From: an uncultured Planctomycetaceae bacterium
GTDB lineage: Bacteria; Planctomycetota; Planctomycetia; Planctomycetales; Planctomycetaceae
Direction: 5' to 3'
Assembly (NCBI GenBank): GCA_963976765.1
Contig: CAXBME010000040.1
Location: 1 to 53,956 of the forward strand
Length of the DNA: 53,956 bases
Both the position numbers and the translations under genes were made by a program. Position 1 is the stretch's first letter. The number at the start of each line of letters is the position of its first letter. The notes under the pieces are model-generated. The model was not told the DNA's origin, did no database searches, and saw only the letters and a program-made list of their open reading frames with translations. Below, piece by piece: positions 18,789 through 29,028 of the stretch.

Positions 18789-21026
18789 ATGAGCCAACGA
18801 ATTCTAATTACCTGTTCGGCAGGCGTTTTTCTGAGTGCCGGGCTGGTCTTTCTGATTCAGCCGTTGTTCGCGCGTCTGCTGTTGCCTGAGTTCGGCGGAT
18901 CGCCTTCGGTCTGGAACACTTGCACTGTGTTCTTTCAGGCAACGCTTCTGCTTGGGTATTGCTACACCTGGGTGTCGACCAAATGGCTGTCACCTGGGAA
19001 ACAGATCGCCGTGCATTGTCTGGTCTTGTTGCTGACACTCGCGCAGTTGCCGGTCGGTCTGAGGTTCCTGGACGCCAACGCGGCTTCCGGTTCGCCCGCG
19101 CTGCGGCTGCTGATGCTGCTAACCCTGTCGATTGGTGGTCCGTACTTTGCAGTTTCGACAACGACCCCGTTGCTGCAGCACTGGTTCAGCAGCTCTCGAC
19201 ACAAACTGGCTCGCGATCCTTACTTCTTTTATTCGATCAGCAATTGTGGAAGCATTCTCGGACTGCTGGCTTACCCGTTCGTCGTGGAGAGGTTGTTCGA
19301 CATCCATTCGCAGGGGCTGACCTGGTCGATCGGTTACGGAACGCTCGTCGGCCTTACGATTCTGTGTGGTGTTCTGACCTGGAGCGAGCTTCAGGGCGGA
19401 CGGGCCAGAGCCTCGGATGTCGATTCCGATCCGACTTCGGTCGGCGAGGAATCCGTTTCGCGAACGAAACTGGTCGAACGTCCTATGACAACGCTGCGCC
19501 GGTTGCGATGGGTTGTTCTGGCTCTGGTTCCGTCAGCCATGATGCTGGCCGTCACGACTCGGATCACGACTGACGTGGCAGCCGTGCCGTTGTTCTGGGT
19601 GCTGCCACTGGTTGCTTACCTGGCAACTTACATCAACGCTTTCGCGAGACGACCGCTGTTGAAGTTTGAGTGGCTGCTGCCGATTCTGTTTCCGGCGTTG
19701 ATGGTGGCGGCGTGGATGTCTCTGGCCGGACCGGGCAGTCAACTGCGAGCCGGAATCGAGATCATCATTTTTCTGATTTGCGGCATCGTCCTGCACGGCG
19801 AGCTGGCAGCGGATCGCCCTTCAACCAGACATCTGACGGAATACTACTTCTGGATGTCGCTGGGAGGCTGCCTGGGGGGAACGCTGGTTGGGATCATCGC
19901 TCCCGCCGTCTTTCCCTCGTACGTCGAATTTCCACTGATACTCGTCCTCGCCGCGCTGACACAGCAGGAATGTGCTGTCGTCGGTACCGGCGCATTTTTC
20001 CGAGCCATCCGGGTGGTCGGAACAATCATCCTGTGTGGCACGGGGATGGTCGCCTGCTTCGTTCACATCTGGGCTTCGTCGTTGGCCACGACGTCGCAGT
20101 TCATCGGCTTTGCCGCTTTGGGTGTGTTCTTCCTGATGAACAACTCGCGAGGCATTGCGCTGGCACTGGCATTGGTTCTGATTCCTCCGGCGCTGTTGCC
20201 CGATACAAACTCGCTGGCTCGAAAGCGAACTTTTTTCGGCGTTCATGAAGTCACTTTCGAAGAAGACGCCGACATCAGTCTGCGAGTCCACCTGCTGGCT
20301 CACGGGACAACGATCCACGGTGAGCAGGTAATCACACCGTCAGAACTGCAGAAGATTCCGCGGACTTACTACGTGCCGACCGGACCGATCGGAGAGGCTC
20401 TGACTCTGGCCGGTTCCGACAAAGACACCCGCCGCGTTGCGTTGATCGGACTTGGCTCCGGCGCGTTGATGACGTACTCGAAGAAGGGGGACCAGTTTGA
20501 CTTCTTCGAGATCGATCCGGCGGTTCGAGACATCGCCCAGGATCCGAATCTGTTTACCTACCTGTCGTGCGGCGAAGGCAGGCACCGAGTCATCATCGGC
20601 GACGGTCGGATCAAACTGGCTGAGGCCGAAGAAGGCACGTACGACGTGATTGTGCTCGACGCGTTTGGTTCGGACTCCATCCCGATTCACCTGCTGACAG
20701 CGGACGCGCTGGACATCTTCATGTCGCGGCTCAAGATCGATGGAACGCTGATCATTCACATTTCAAATCGACACATGGATCTGGAACCGGTGCCAGGCCG
20801 CTACGCCAGCGAACGAAATCTGCCAGCACTAGCCTCGATCAAATCTGCCACCACAGAATTGGAATTGGCTCAAGGGCAGCGTCCCACTCATGCCGTCGTG
20901 ATATCTCGATCAGAACGACTGATCGCAGAACTCGCCAAACTGAAAGACTGGCATTCGCCACGCAGAAACGCATCGCTCTGGACTGACAGCCATTCCAGCG
21001 TGCTGGACGTGCTGAAGTTTGAGTAG
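18789..21026 (+). CDS. Fused membrane domain / spermidine synthase-like SAM-dependent transferase
   Basis: Many TM helices; IGLGSG, FEIDPAV, GDGR, DAFGSDSIPIHLLT. Confidence 0.88.
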   Translation: MSQRILITCSAGVFLSAGLVFLIQPLFARLLLPEFGGSPSVWNTCTVFFQATLLLGYCYTWVSTKWLSPGKQIAVHCLVLLLTLAQLPVGLRFLDANAASGSPALRLLMLLTLSIGGPYFAVSTTTPLLQHWFSSSRHKLARDPYFFYSISNCGSILGLLAYPFVVERLFDIHSQGLTWSIGYGTLVGLTILCGVLTWSELQGGRARASDVDSDPTSVGEESVSRTKLVERPMTTLRRLRWVVLALVPSAMMLAVTTRITTDVAAVPLFWVLPLVAYLATYINAFARRPLLKFEWLLPILFPALMVAAWMSLAGPGSQLRAGIEIIIFLICGIVLHGELAADRPSTRHLTEYYFWMSLGGCLGGTLVGIIAPAVFPSYVEFPLILVLAALTQQECAVVGTGAFFRAIRVVGTIILCGTGMVACFVHIWASSLATTSQFIGFAALGVFFLMNNSRGIALALALVLIPPALLPDTNSLARKRTFFGVHEVTFEEDADISLRVHLLAHGTTIHGEQVITPSELQKIPRTYYVPTGPIGEALTLAGSDKDTRRVALIGLGSGALMTYSKKGDQFDFFEIDPAVRDIAQDPNLFTYLSCGEGRHRVIIGDGRIKLAEAEEGTYDVIVLDAFGSDSIPIHLLTADALDIFMSRLKIDGTLIIHISNRHMDLEPVPGRYASERNLPALASIKSATTELELAQGQRPTHAVVISRSERLIAELAKLKDWHSPRRNASLWTDSHSSVLDVLKFE

Positions 21027-21045
21027 CGCGCTCACGAACAGCAGC

Positions 21046-21891
21046 CTATTTGAAGGCGAGTTCGTCAGCCTGTGGGAGTTCGTCGAGGCTTCCCAGGCCG
21101 AACAGCGACAGGAACCGTTTTGTCGTTGAGTAAGTCACTCGTTTGCGGTCTTCCGGGTCGCGTTCCAGCGAGATTAATTCGCGGCGTAGCAGTTGTCGAA
21201 GTAACGGACCAGGCTTTGCTTTGCCGAGTTCTTCGATCTCTTCCGGAGTGATTGGTTGCCGGTACGCGACCAGGGCCAGAGTTTCCAGGACGTCCTGAGA
21301 AAGTTTGACCTCGCGCGGGCCAATGCCGAAAACGCGGTTGCGGATTCGCTCGAACTCTTCGCGGAGCACCATCCGGTAACCACCTTCGCCGAGCCGGATT
21401 TCGTATGGTCTGGCTTCGTCGACGTATTGCAGGTTCAGGTCTTCGATGGCCCGTTCCACAGCGTCCAGGTCGTAGTCGCCTTTCAGCATATAGCAGAGTT
21501 TTTTCGAGGTCAGCGGTTCTCCACCGACGAAGATGGCAGCCTCGATGACCTGCCGGGCGGTGACTCGTTGCGGAACTGGATCCGGGGGGCTTTCCTGCGG
21601 GGTGGCTGGTTCGGAGTTTGTCACTCCAGAGACTGCCGCATCTCCAGTCAGATTGGCATCGTCTGCGTCCGATTCGTTTTTTTCATTCGCGGACTCCGCT
21701 TCGGTTGGGGCGAGATGATCGAATTCCCACTCGACGGCGTCGTTCGCTTCCAGAGCCCTGCGATAAGCGGCTTCCAGGTCGTTGCCGCCCCAGTTGTCCG
21801 ACTCCCCGTACGCGACGGTTTCGTCTTCAGACTCGGCTGAAGCCAGATCGTCGCCTGCATCGGGTTCGGATTGGGAATCTTCGAGTGACAT
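21046..21891 (-). CDS. scpB: SMC-Scp complex subunit ScpB
   Basis: IEAAIF, LETLALVAYRQPIT, YSTTKRFLSLFGL.SLDELP. Confidence 0.92.
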   Translation of the reverse strand: MSLEDSQSEPDAGDDLASAESEDETVAYGESDNWGGNDLEAAYRRALEANDAVEWEFDHLAPTEAESANEKNESDADDANLTGDAAVSGVTNSEPATPQESPPDPVPQRVTARQVIEAAIFVGGEPLTSKKLCYMLKGDYDLDAVERAIEDLNLQYVDEARPYEIRLGEGGYRMVLREEFERIRNRVFGIGPREVKLSQDVLETLALVAYRQPITPEEIEELGKAKPGPLLRQLLRRELISLERDPEDRKRVTYSTTKRFLSLFGLGSLDELPQADELAFK

Positions 21892-21894
21892 CGA

Positions 21895-23016
21895 TCAATT
21901 CGGTTTCTCAAAGCCAGCCTGTCGGATCTCTTCGTCCTTCAGGCCGGAACTTGGACGTAGCGCGCCGCCGACTCCCAGGACTTCAGGACGTCGAGCGATC
22001 TTGTCGGTGAAGACACGCATGTCCTGAACGATTGGCTCCAGATTTCTCAGCAGGATAGCCAGTGACGAGGCGGAACGTTCCAGGTCGTCGTACAGATTCG
22101 GGTCGGACAGGAATCGTTTCAGCGAACCGTCTGACTTCGAGGCGATCTCAGCCACGTCTCGGAGTTCGCCCGTCATTGCCTCCAGGTTCGACAGACTGTT
22201 GTCCAGGCGAAGAACGATAGATGTTGTGTGTTTTGCCAGTGGCTCGGTGACATTTTCAATGTTGCGAAGGTTGCCATTGATCGAGCTGACGGTTTGTCGC
22301 ATGGCCGTGATCGTTTGCCGGGTTTCGCTCACAATCAGCGGAAGTCCCGCCAAAGCTTTCTGTAGGTTGGCTACTGTCTGCGGATCGCCGATTACACGAT
22401 TCGTGTTTTCGAAGGCGGCGCCGGCTCGCTGCATCGTTCTGGTGAATTCGTCGAGCGACGTAGCTGTTCGTTCGACGACTTCGTGCAGACTGCCCTGGTT
22501 TGTTTCGACGAGCGAATTCATGTTGCGGGCAAGCAACTGCCATTCGCGACTGGTCGCTTCGAAGGAAGACATGGTCGTCGCCAGTTGCTTTTCCATGCCC
22601 AGCACGATTTCCATCACGTCGGGCGGTGCTTCTCCTTCAAGTATGGTCTGCCGATCGAAGTCTGTCGGACTGATACCGGGGGTGAACTCGATGGCTGCGT
22701 CGCCGAGCAGCGACTGCTGAAGCCTCGGAATCGAGTCGCTGCGTAGCGAGTACTTTTCATCGATTGACAATGTCAGCAGGACGCCGCCACGCTGTCGGTC
22801 GAGGGTGATCTTCTCAACGTCGCCGATCGGAATTCCATTGAGTCTGACGGGGGAACCTTCGAGCACGCCCGGCGCAGAGTCAAAATGAATCAGCACCTGG
22901 TACTGCTTTTTCAGCAGCGAACGTACCTGACCAAACTGGAATACCAGCGTCGCCATGATGCCCAGGGCACAGATGGCGAACAGGCCGACTCGAAATTGAA
23001 GCTGTCGTTCAGTCAT
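21895..23016 (-). CDS. MlaD/MCE family protein
   Basis: N-terminal TM anchor; F..APGV..GSPVRLNGIPIG.V, SLLGD; helical C-terminus. Confidence 0.9.
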   Translation of the reverse strand: MTERQLQFRVGLFAICALGIMATLVFQFGQVRSLLKKQYQVLIHFDSAPGVLEGSPVRLNGIPIGDVEKITLDRQRGGVLLTLSIDEKYSLRSDSIPRLQQSLLGDAAIEFTPGISPTDFDRQTILEGEAPPDVMEIVLGMEKQLATTMSSFEATSREWQLLARNMNSLVETNQGSLHEVVERTATSLDEFTRTMQRAGAAFENTNRVIGDPQTVANLQKALAGLPLIVSETRQTITAMRQTVSSINGNLRNIENVTEPLAKHTTSIVLRLDNSLSNLEAMTGELRDVAEIASKSDGSLKRFLSDPNLYDDLERSASSLAILLRNLEPIVQDMRVFTDKIARRPEVLGVGGALRPSSGLKDEEIRQAGFEKPN

Positions 23017-23042
23017 TTTGTTTTTACGTTTTTGATTTCAGG

Positions 23043-23149
23043 AACCACGAAAGACGCTGAAAACACGAAAGGAAATTCATGTCGTTGTGACCGGCGACCG
23101 GCATTGAAACTGGCCACTGGTTTTCGCGTCGTTCGTGTATTTCGTTGTT
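23043..23149. repeat. Intergenic imperfect palindrome with repeated CACGAAA-like arms
   Basis: AACCACGAAAGACGCTGAAAACACGAAA ... TTTTCGCGTCGTTCGTGTATTTCGTTGTT. Confidence 0.65.
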
Positions 23150-23183
23150 GAAATTTTTCAGAATGAAATTCGTTGGCCTGCTG

Positions 23184-24023
23184 TTAGAGAAGGGCGAGTT
23201 CCTGCATGCGTTCGCCGGCTTCGCCGTAGACGAACTGCGCGACTCTGGGGTCGTCGGATGAAAACGCTTCTTCCGGTGTGCCTTCGAAGACGATCTGAGA
23301 TTCGCCCGGCTGCAACCGGCTGAGTGGATAAAACATGATGACCCGATCAGCGACTTTACGGACGGTCGACATTTCGTGCGTGACAATCACGCTGGTGACC
23401 GGTCGTCTTTTTCTGGTTTTTAGAATGAGCGTGTTGATCACGTCGATCATGATCGGGTCGAGACCGGTCGTTGGTTCGTCGTAAAGAATGATGTCCGGCA
23501 TCAGCGCCAACGTTCTGGCAAGGCCGACGCGTTTCCGCATCCCGCCGGAAAGCTGAGAAGGCATTTTGGTCGCACTGGCCGGCGACATGCCGACATCTTT
23601 AAGTCGCTCAGCCACGATTTCTTCGAGGAAACTGTCGGACATCTTTGTGTTCTGTCGCAGCCCGAACGCGATGTTTTCAAACACGCTGAGACTGTCGAAC
23701 AGCGCCGCTCCCTGAAACAGATATCCGAAACGCAGTCGATCGCGCACGAGTTCTTCATCACTGCGTTCCCTGATCGGAACGTTGTTCCACAGAACGTCGC
23801 CCGAAGTTGGCTGCATGAGGCTTGCCATGATTTTCATCGTGACGCTCTTCCCGCAGCCGCTTTCACCGATCAGGCAGACCGTTTCACCGGCTCGGACGTC
23901 GAGGGAAACGTCTCGCAGAACTTCCTGAGAACCAAAACTTCTGGAGATTCCGCGCAGCTCGATGATCGATCGACCGGATTCTTCGCCGGTGAATGGGTCG
24001 CTGAATGGGTCTCGTACGGTCAT
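23184..24023 (-). CDS. ABC transporter ATP-binding protein (MlaF-like)
   Basis: [27 protein letters not shown]; sits between MlaE and MlaD. Confidence 0.93.
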   Translation of the reverse strand: MTVRDPFSDPFTGEESGRSIIELRGISRSFGSQEVLRDVSLDVRAGETVCLIGESGCGKSVTMKIMASLMQPTSGDVLWNNVPIRERSDEELVRDRLRFGYLFQGAALFDSLSVFENIAFGLRQNTKMSDSFLEEIVAERLKDVGMSPASATKMPSQLSGGMRKRVGLARTLALMPDIILYDEPTTGLDPIMIDVINTLILKTRKRRPVTSVIVTHEMSTVRKVADRVIMFYPLSRLQPGESQIVFEGTPEEAFSSDDPRVAQFVYGEAGERMQELALL

Positions 24024-24042
24024 GGTGGTTGGTGGTTGGTTT

Positions 24043-24879
24043 TCAAACGAAGGACGAAGGGCCGGGCCAGAGTGTCCAGTAGATTTCGTTCAGGAACATT
24101 CCGAGGAAGAAGTCCAGCACGAGGATCACGACAAACGACAGGACGAAAGAACTGGTGGCAGCCTGGCCGACACCTTCCGCTCCGGAGCCGCAGTTGAATC
24201 CTCGGTGGCAGGCGATCAGCGCGATGGCCGCTCCGAAGAACATGCTCTTGAGAATGCCGGCAAAGACATCCCAGGCAGCGACGTACTCCGTCGAGTAATG
24301 CCAGTAGTAAGTTGAGTCGACTCCGAGTACCTGCGTGCTGAACATCCAGCCGCCGGCTACCCCGATGGCGTCGGCCAGGACGGTCAACAGCGGAATCAGC
24401 AGGAAGCACGCCAGAAAACGAGGTACGACCAGATATTGAATTGGGTTGGCACCGAGGGCTCGCAGTGCGTCGATTTGTTCGGTAACCCGCATGGTCCCAA
24501 GCTGAGCCGCCATCGCACTGCCGACTCGACCTGCGAGCATCGTCGCAGCCAGAACCGGGCCGAGTTCGGCAACGAGGGCCATGTTAATTACGGCTCCCAT
24601 GCGAGTTTCCATTCGCATCAGATGGAACTGCTGATAGCCCTGCACGGCCAGCACCATGCCGATGAACATCCCCGTAATCATCACGACAGGAATGCTGCGA
24701 ACACCGACTTCGTACATGGTCTCGGTCACGACGGTGCTGCGAGGAAGTCCGCGACACAGCCAGCGAAGCATCGACGCGGCGAACAGCGCAAGATCCCCAA
24801 CCGCCTGAACGAACTCGACAATGAGCTGTCCAAACGTGTGAATAATCGTCGGTCGACGTGGGGCTTGTGCTGACGACAT
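24043..24879 (-). CDS. MlaE family ABC permease
   Basis: ELGPVL...[24 protein letters not shown]; start moved to MSSAQAP. Confidence 0.93.
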   Translation of the reverse strand: MSSAQAPRRPTIIHTFGQLIVEFVQAVGDLALFAASMLRWLCRGLPRSTVVTETMYEVGVRSIPVVMITGMFIGMVLAVQGYQQFHLMRMETRMGAVINMALVAELGPVLAATMLAGRVGSAMAAQLGTMRVTEQIDALRALGANPIQYLVVPRFLACFLLIPLLTVLADAIGVAGGWMFSTQVLGVDSTYYWHYSTEYVAAWDVFAGILKSMFFGAAIALIACHRGFNCGSGAEGVGQAATSSFVLSFVVILVLDFFLGMFLNEIYWTLWPGPSSFV

Positions 24880-25160
24880 GACATCCGTGTCAGGTGATCG
24901 AAGGGCGGTTCTGTGATGAATCTTCGCCGTTGTCGTCGAGCGACAACCGGAAACATCCAGCCGGCGCGCATTCCATGCGTGTCGGATAAACGGAAGATTA
25001 GCCAATTTCTACAAATCAGGGCGAGGCCAGATTTGGGCCACGTGACCGTCGGCAAAACTCACAATAAGGATACTCATGTTCAGAGTTTGCCCACTTCAGC
25101 TGCATGAGGATCATTTCTGAGAAAGCGTCTTATGGTGGATTCCGAAGTCGATCGGCTGCG

Positions 25161-26090
25161 TTATTCGGTCAGCAGATTATTGATCATCATGATCGCCGCA
25201 GGGCCGACGATGACTACGAACACGCCAGGGAAAATGAAGATGACCAGCGGCACGATCATCTTGACTGATGTCTGCTGAGCCTTCTCTTCAGCCATTTGCT
25301 TTCGCTTGACTCGCATCGTGTCAGACTGAACTCGCAGCGCCTGAGCGATGGACGATCCGAATTTCTCGGCCTGAATCAGAATGGCTGCAAGAGCCTTCAT
25401 GTCATCGACACCGGATCGGATACCCAGATCATGAAGCACCTGTTTCTTGGGGATCCCCATCTGAAGCTGCATGTTGCACATGGCGAACTCGTAGCTCGCG
25501 TCGGGGGCAGAGTCCGCCAGTTCGTCAGCAACTCGACGCATTGCAGCGTCCAGACCGAGTCCGGCTTCTACACAGACAACCAGCAGGTCAAGCAGGTCGG
25601 GCAGCGAAAGAAAGATTCGTTCCATTCGTCCTTTGCGGATCAGAAACAACCAGATCGCAGGTGCGTACAGACCAATCGCCGCCGTAATTGCCAGTGCCAT
25701 CATGCCCTGCATGTTGACGCCCCAGCGAAAATAGCCGAGGGCTCCACCAGCGACTGCGCAGATGATTCCCAGCCCGGCGCGCGCTCCCGCATACAACTGC
25801 GGCGCATTCGGCGAGTTGAAACCCGCGTTGGCGAGCTTCACCTTAAGTTCGCTTTGCTCAAGTTCAGATTTCGGCTCGAATGCTTTCGACAATGTCGGCG
25901 CGGCCTTCTCCAGCATGGTCATCGAATTCGAGCCCTCGGCCCGATCCGCTGACTTGCTGCCGGGATCTTTCAGTTGATCCAGCCGCTCTGTCGCGCGGGA
26001 TGAATCGCCGGTGAAGACCGTGAACATCGCCCACAGCATGATTGTGACGGCACCAAAGACAGCGAATTGTCCAAGAACGGTGTAATCCAT
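25161..26090 (-). CDS. tadC: Tad pilus platform protein TadC (T2SS F family)
   Basis: LPDLLDLLVVCVEAGLGLD, AEEKA..SVKM; start moved to MDYTVLG. Confidence 0.9.
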   Translation of the reverse strand: MDYTVLGQFAVFGAVTIMLWAMFTVFTGDSSRATERLDQLKDPGSKSADRAEGSNSMTMLEKAAPTLSKAFEPKSELEQSELKVKLANAGFNSPNAPQLYAGARAGLGIICAVAGGALGYFRWGVNMQGMMALAITAAIGLYAPAIWLFLIRKGRMERIFLSLPDLLDLLVVCVEAGLGLDAAMRRVADELADSAPDASYEFAMCNMQLQMGIPKKQVLHDLGIRSGVDDMKALAAILIQAEKFGSSIAQALRVQSDTMRVKRKQMAEEKAQQTSVKMIVPLVIFIFPGVFVVIVGPAAIMMINNLLTE

Positions 26091-26160
26091 AACGGAAGTC
26101 CAGTGTGGGGAGGGCGACAGTTTTACGTGAGCGGCAGCGACTGAATTTTTCGGATCGAGG

Positions 26161-27126
26161 TCAGACTTTGATCGCGACAATTTTCTTAATGGCGAATGCT
26201 CCAAGAATCTGCATCACGATTGCGTAAAACAGCATCTGCTTGCCGAGTTCATCCTGAAAAAGCAGCATCACGTACTCGGGATTCATGTAGTACAGCGTCA
26301 GGAACAACCCGATCGGCATCGCTTGAAGGACGATTCCGCTCATTCGACCTTCGCCGGTCAGAGCCATGACCTGGCCCATAATCTTGAAACGCTCGCGGAT
26401 GATGTATCCGATCTTGTCGAGGATTTCTGAAAGGTCGCCACCGGCCTGTTTCTGAATCGCGACTGCCGTCACAAAAAACTTCAAGTCCATGTTCGGCATG
26501 CGCTTCATCATGTTCTTCAGGGCCATTTCGATGGGCACCCCAAGGTTCTGTTCTTCGTAAGCAAGCATGAATTCCGTCGCGACTGGAGTCGGCATTTCTT
26601 CGACAACCACGGCGATGCCCTGGCTGAGCGAATGACCGGAACGCAGGGCGCGAGCGATCAGTTCCATCGCGTCGGGCAACTGTTTGGCGAATCGTTTGAA
26701 GCGACTACGACGACGCATCCAGAGCCACATAAACGGGCAAAGTGAAAATCCAATCGCAAAGACGGGCCATAAGGGCATCGGCGCTCGGCTTGCCCACCCG
26801 ACACCCGCCCCCAGAAACAGGCACACAAAGCTCATCAGGAAAAACATGTCTGGTCTGATTGGTGAGTCAGCCTGTTCGAAAAACAGACCGATGTTACCGA
26901 TCCCTTCGAACAGCTTTCCCAGGAATCGGGTGACACCACTTCCTGCAGCGGCCAGATCTTCCTTCATGATGCCGTGGTCTTCGGCTCGAGCTGTCTTCTT
27001 ACCGGTCAGAATCTCGAGTCGATCTTCCGTCGTCGACGCGCTGGCGTCGTACAACAGGTAGAAAATGGCGCCGACCAGAATGGTGACCGCCGCGAAGATG
27101 CCGAACATGATCAGGTAGCTGCTCAT
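26161..27126 (-). CDS. tadB: Tad pilus platform protein TadB
   Basis: QLPDAMELIARALRSGHS, GGDLSEILD, ALTGEGRMS. Confidence 0.9.
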   Translation of the reverse strand: MSSYLIMFGIFAAVTILVGAIFYLLYDASASTTEDRLEILTGKKTARAEDHGIMKEDLAAAGSGVTRFLGKLFEGIGNIGLFFEQADSPIRPDMFFLMSFVCLFLGAGVGWASRAPMPLWPVFAIGFSLCPFMWLWMRRRSRFKRFAKQLPDAMELIARALRSGHSLSQGIAVVVEEMPTPVATEFMLAYEEQNLGVPIEMALKNMMKRMPNMDLKFFVTAVAIQKQAGGDLSEILDKIGYIIRERFKIMGQVMALTGEGRMSGIVLQAMPIGLFLTLYYMNPEYVMLLFQDELGKQMLFYAIVMQILGAFAIKKIVAIKV

Positions 27127-27292
27127 TTCATCTCACCTTGTCCGTCGCAGAGTTGGCTCCACTGAAGAAATCGCCGCACGACGAGCAAGGCGACGCTGCG
27201 CGGTGCCAGTCGTGCGGAACGATTTTTCAGTCAGCGATTTCTTCAGTTGTTGAGTGGTGCTGTTGTACTTTCGCGTCGAATCCCCGACTGGA

Positions 27293-28609
27293 TCAGTTGA
27301 GTTGTCGAGCGTTGAAAAGGTTGGCTGGCAATCGAACTCCTGAGGCTTCGAGCTTTGCCATGAATCCGGGCCGAACGCCTGAGGCGGCGAAGTGGCCGGC
27401 AGCTCGACCTTCGTCGTCAACACCCGTGACGTTGAAGTTGAAGATGTCCTGCATGATGACCGTGTCACCCTCCATGCCGAGCACCTCCGTAATGTGTGTC
27501 ACTTTTCGCGGACCGCCCTGCAGTCGGTTGACCTGGATGATCAGGTCAACGGCCGAGGCAAACTGATTTCGCAGGGCTCGCAACGGCAATTCCACGCCGC
27601 CCATCGTGATCATCGTTTCGAGTCTCGAAACGGCGTCGCGAGGTGTGTTGGCGTGGATTGTCGTCAGCGAACCTTCGTGACCGGTGTTCATCGCCTGGAG
27701 CATGTCGAGTGCTTCGCCGCCTCGACATTCCCCGATGATGATCCGGTCAGGTCGCATACGAAGTGCGTTCTTCACGAGGTCCGTCGCCCCGATGCGTCCC
27801 TTGCCTTCGATATTCGGTGGGCGAGTCTCCAGACGAAGCACGTGTTCCTGCTGAAGCTGAAGTTCGGCGGCATCTTCGATTGTGATCACTCGCTGATCAT
27901 TCGGGATGAAGCTGGACAGGGTGTTGAGCAGCGTCGTTTTTCCCGAACCGGTACCACCGCTGATAATACAGTTCAGTCGAGCCTTGATGACCCCTTCCAG
28001 AACCATGACCATCTCGGGTGTGAATGCTCCGAAACGGAGCAGGTCTTCCAGAGTCAGCGGGTTGGAACCGAATTTTCGAATCGTCAGCGACGGGCCATCC
28101 AGAGCCAGCGGCGGAATGATCGCGTTCAGTCGAGAGCCGTCCGGCAGTCGAGCATCGACCATCGGGGACGTTTCGTCGACTCGCCGACCAACCTTCGACA
28201 CGATGCGGTCGAGAATCTGTAACAAGTGATCGTTGTCACGAAACGTGACTTTATGTCGCTGAATACGACCGTCTTTTTCGACGAAGACGTGTTTCGGACC
28301 GTTGATCATGATGTCAGCCACGCCGGGCTCTTTCAGGAGCATTTCCAGCGGACCGAAACCAAAAGTTTCGTCGAGTAGTTCTTCGATCAGACGTTCGCGT
28401 TCCGAACGGTTCAACAGCGGATTTTCGGTATCGCAAAGATGCTCGATGACCAGTCGAATCTCGCGGCGTAGAGTGTCGCCTTCAAGATCGCCGAGTCGAG
28501 AAAGGTCCAGCTTCTCGACAAGCTTTCCGTGAATAGTTCGTTTCAGTGTTTCCAGATCGTTGGCGGCGTTTTCGCCACGGGTTCGCTGGGCAAAAGACGG
28601 TGCGGGCAT
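27293..28609 (-). CDS. cpaF: CpaF/TadA pilus assembly ATPase
   Basis: [36 protein letters not shown]. Confidence 0.95.
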   Translation of the reverse strand: MPAPSFAQRTRGENAANDLETLKRTIHGKLVEKLDLSRLGDLEGDTLRREIRLVIEHLCDTENPLLNRSERERLIEELLDETFGFGPLEMLLKEPGVADIMINGPKHVFVEKDGRIQRHKVTFRDNDHLLQILDRIVSKVGRRVDETSPMVDARLPDGSRLNAIIPPLALDGPSLTIRKFGSNPLTLEDLLRFGAFTPEMVMVLEGVIKARLNCIISGGTGSGKTTLLNTLSSFIPNDQRVITIEDAAELQLQQEHVLRLETRPPNIEGKGRIGATDLVKNALRMRPDRIIIGECRGGEALDMLQAMNTGHEGSLTTIHANTPRDAVSRLETMITMGGVELPLRALRNQFASAVDLIIQVNRLQGGPRKVTHITEVLGMEGDTVIMQDIFNFNVTGVDDEGRAAGHFAASGVRPGFMAKLEASGVRLPANLFNARQLN

Positions 28610-29028
28610 GTTCCGTTGACCTCAGGACAAATTTCCTGGCTTCACAGGGAAAAGAGCAGACCTTCTGCTCCGGATGAAACCTGTCGTTTGAACATAGCTC
28701 ACGAAATCGCGTCATTGCCGCAGAGATGCGAAATGTTTCCTGAACGCTCCGGAGTCCGATTTCTCTTCAACTGTCACAACCCGACGCTGTGTCATGACCG
28801 CGCGAGATGTCAGCACTCGCAAAGCTGGATGAGCAGGTAAGGACCGTTCGACCGAAACCGCAGGCCGGACACGAGAACGCGGCGATCACTCATCGCTGTC
28901 AGATTTGCTTTTCAGTTGACGACGAAAGTCGATTTCGGCGACGCTGGTCATTCCCCGCGTGGGGTGTTTCACACGATTCACTGAACGCCTCACCTGATTT
29001 CACCTTCCTGCCCAGGGAAGAACCCGCC

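Noticed and set aside
27166..27226. Hairpin between cpaF and tadB (AAATCGCCGCACGAC...GTCGTGCGGAACGATTT)
   Set aside because: A single intra-operon stem with no evidence for ncRNA or terminator status.
28610..29028. c-di-GMP riboswitch upstream of the tad genes
   Set aside because: Consensus elements not found in the right arrangement on either strand.
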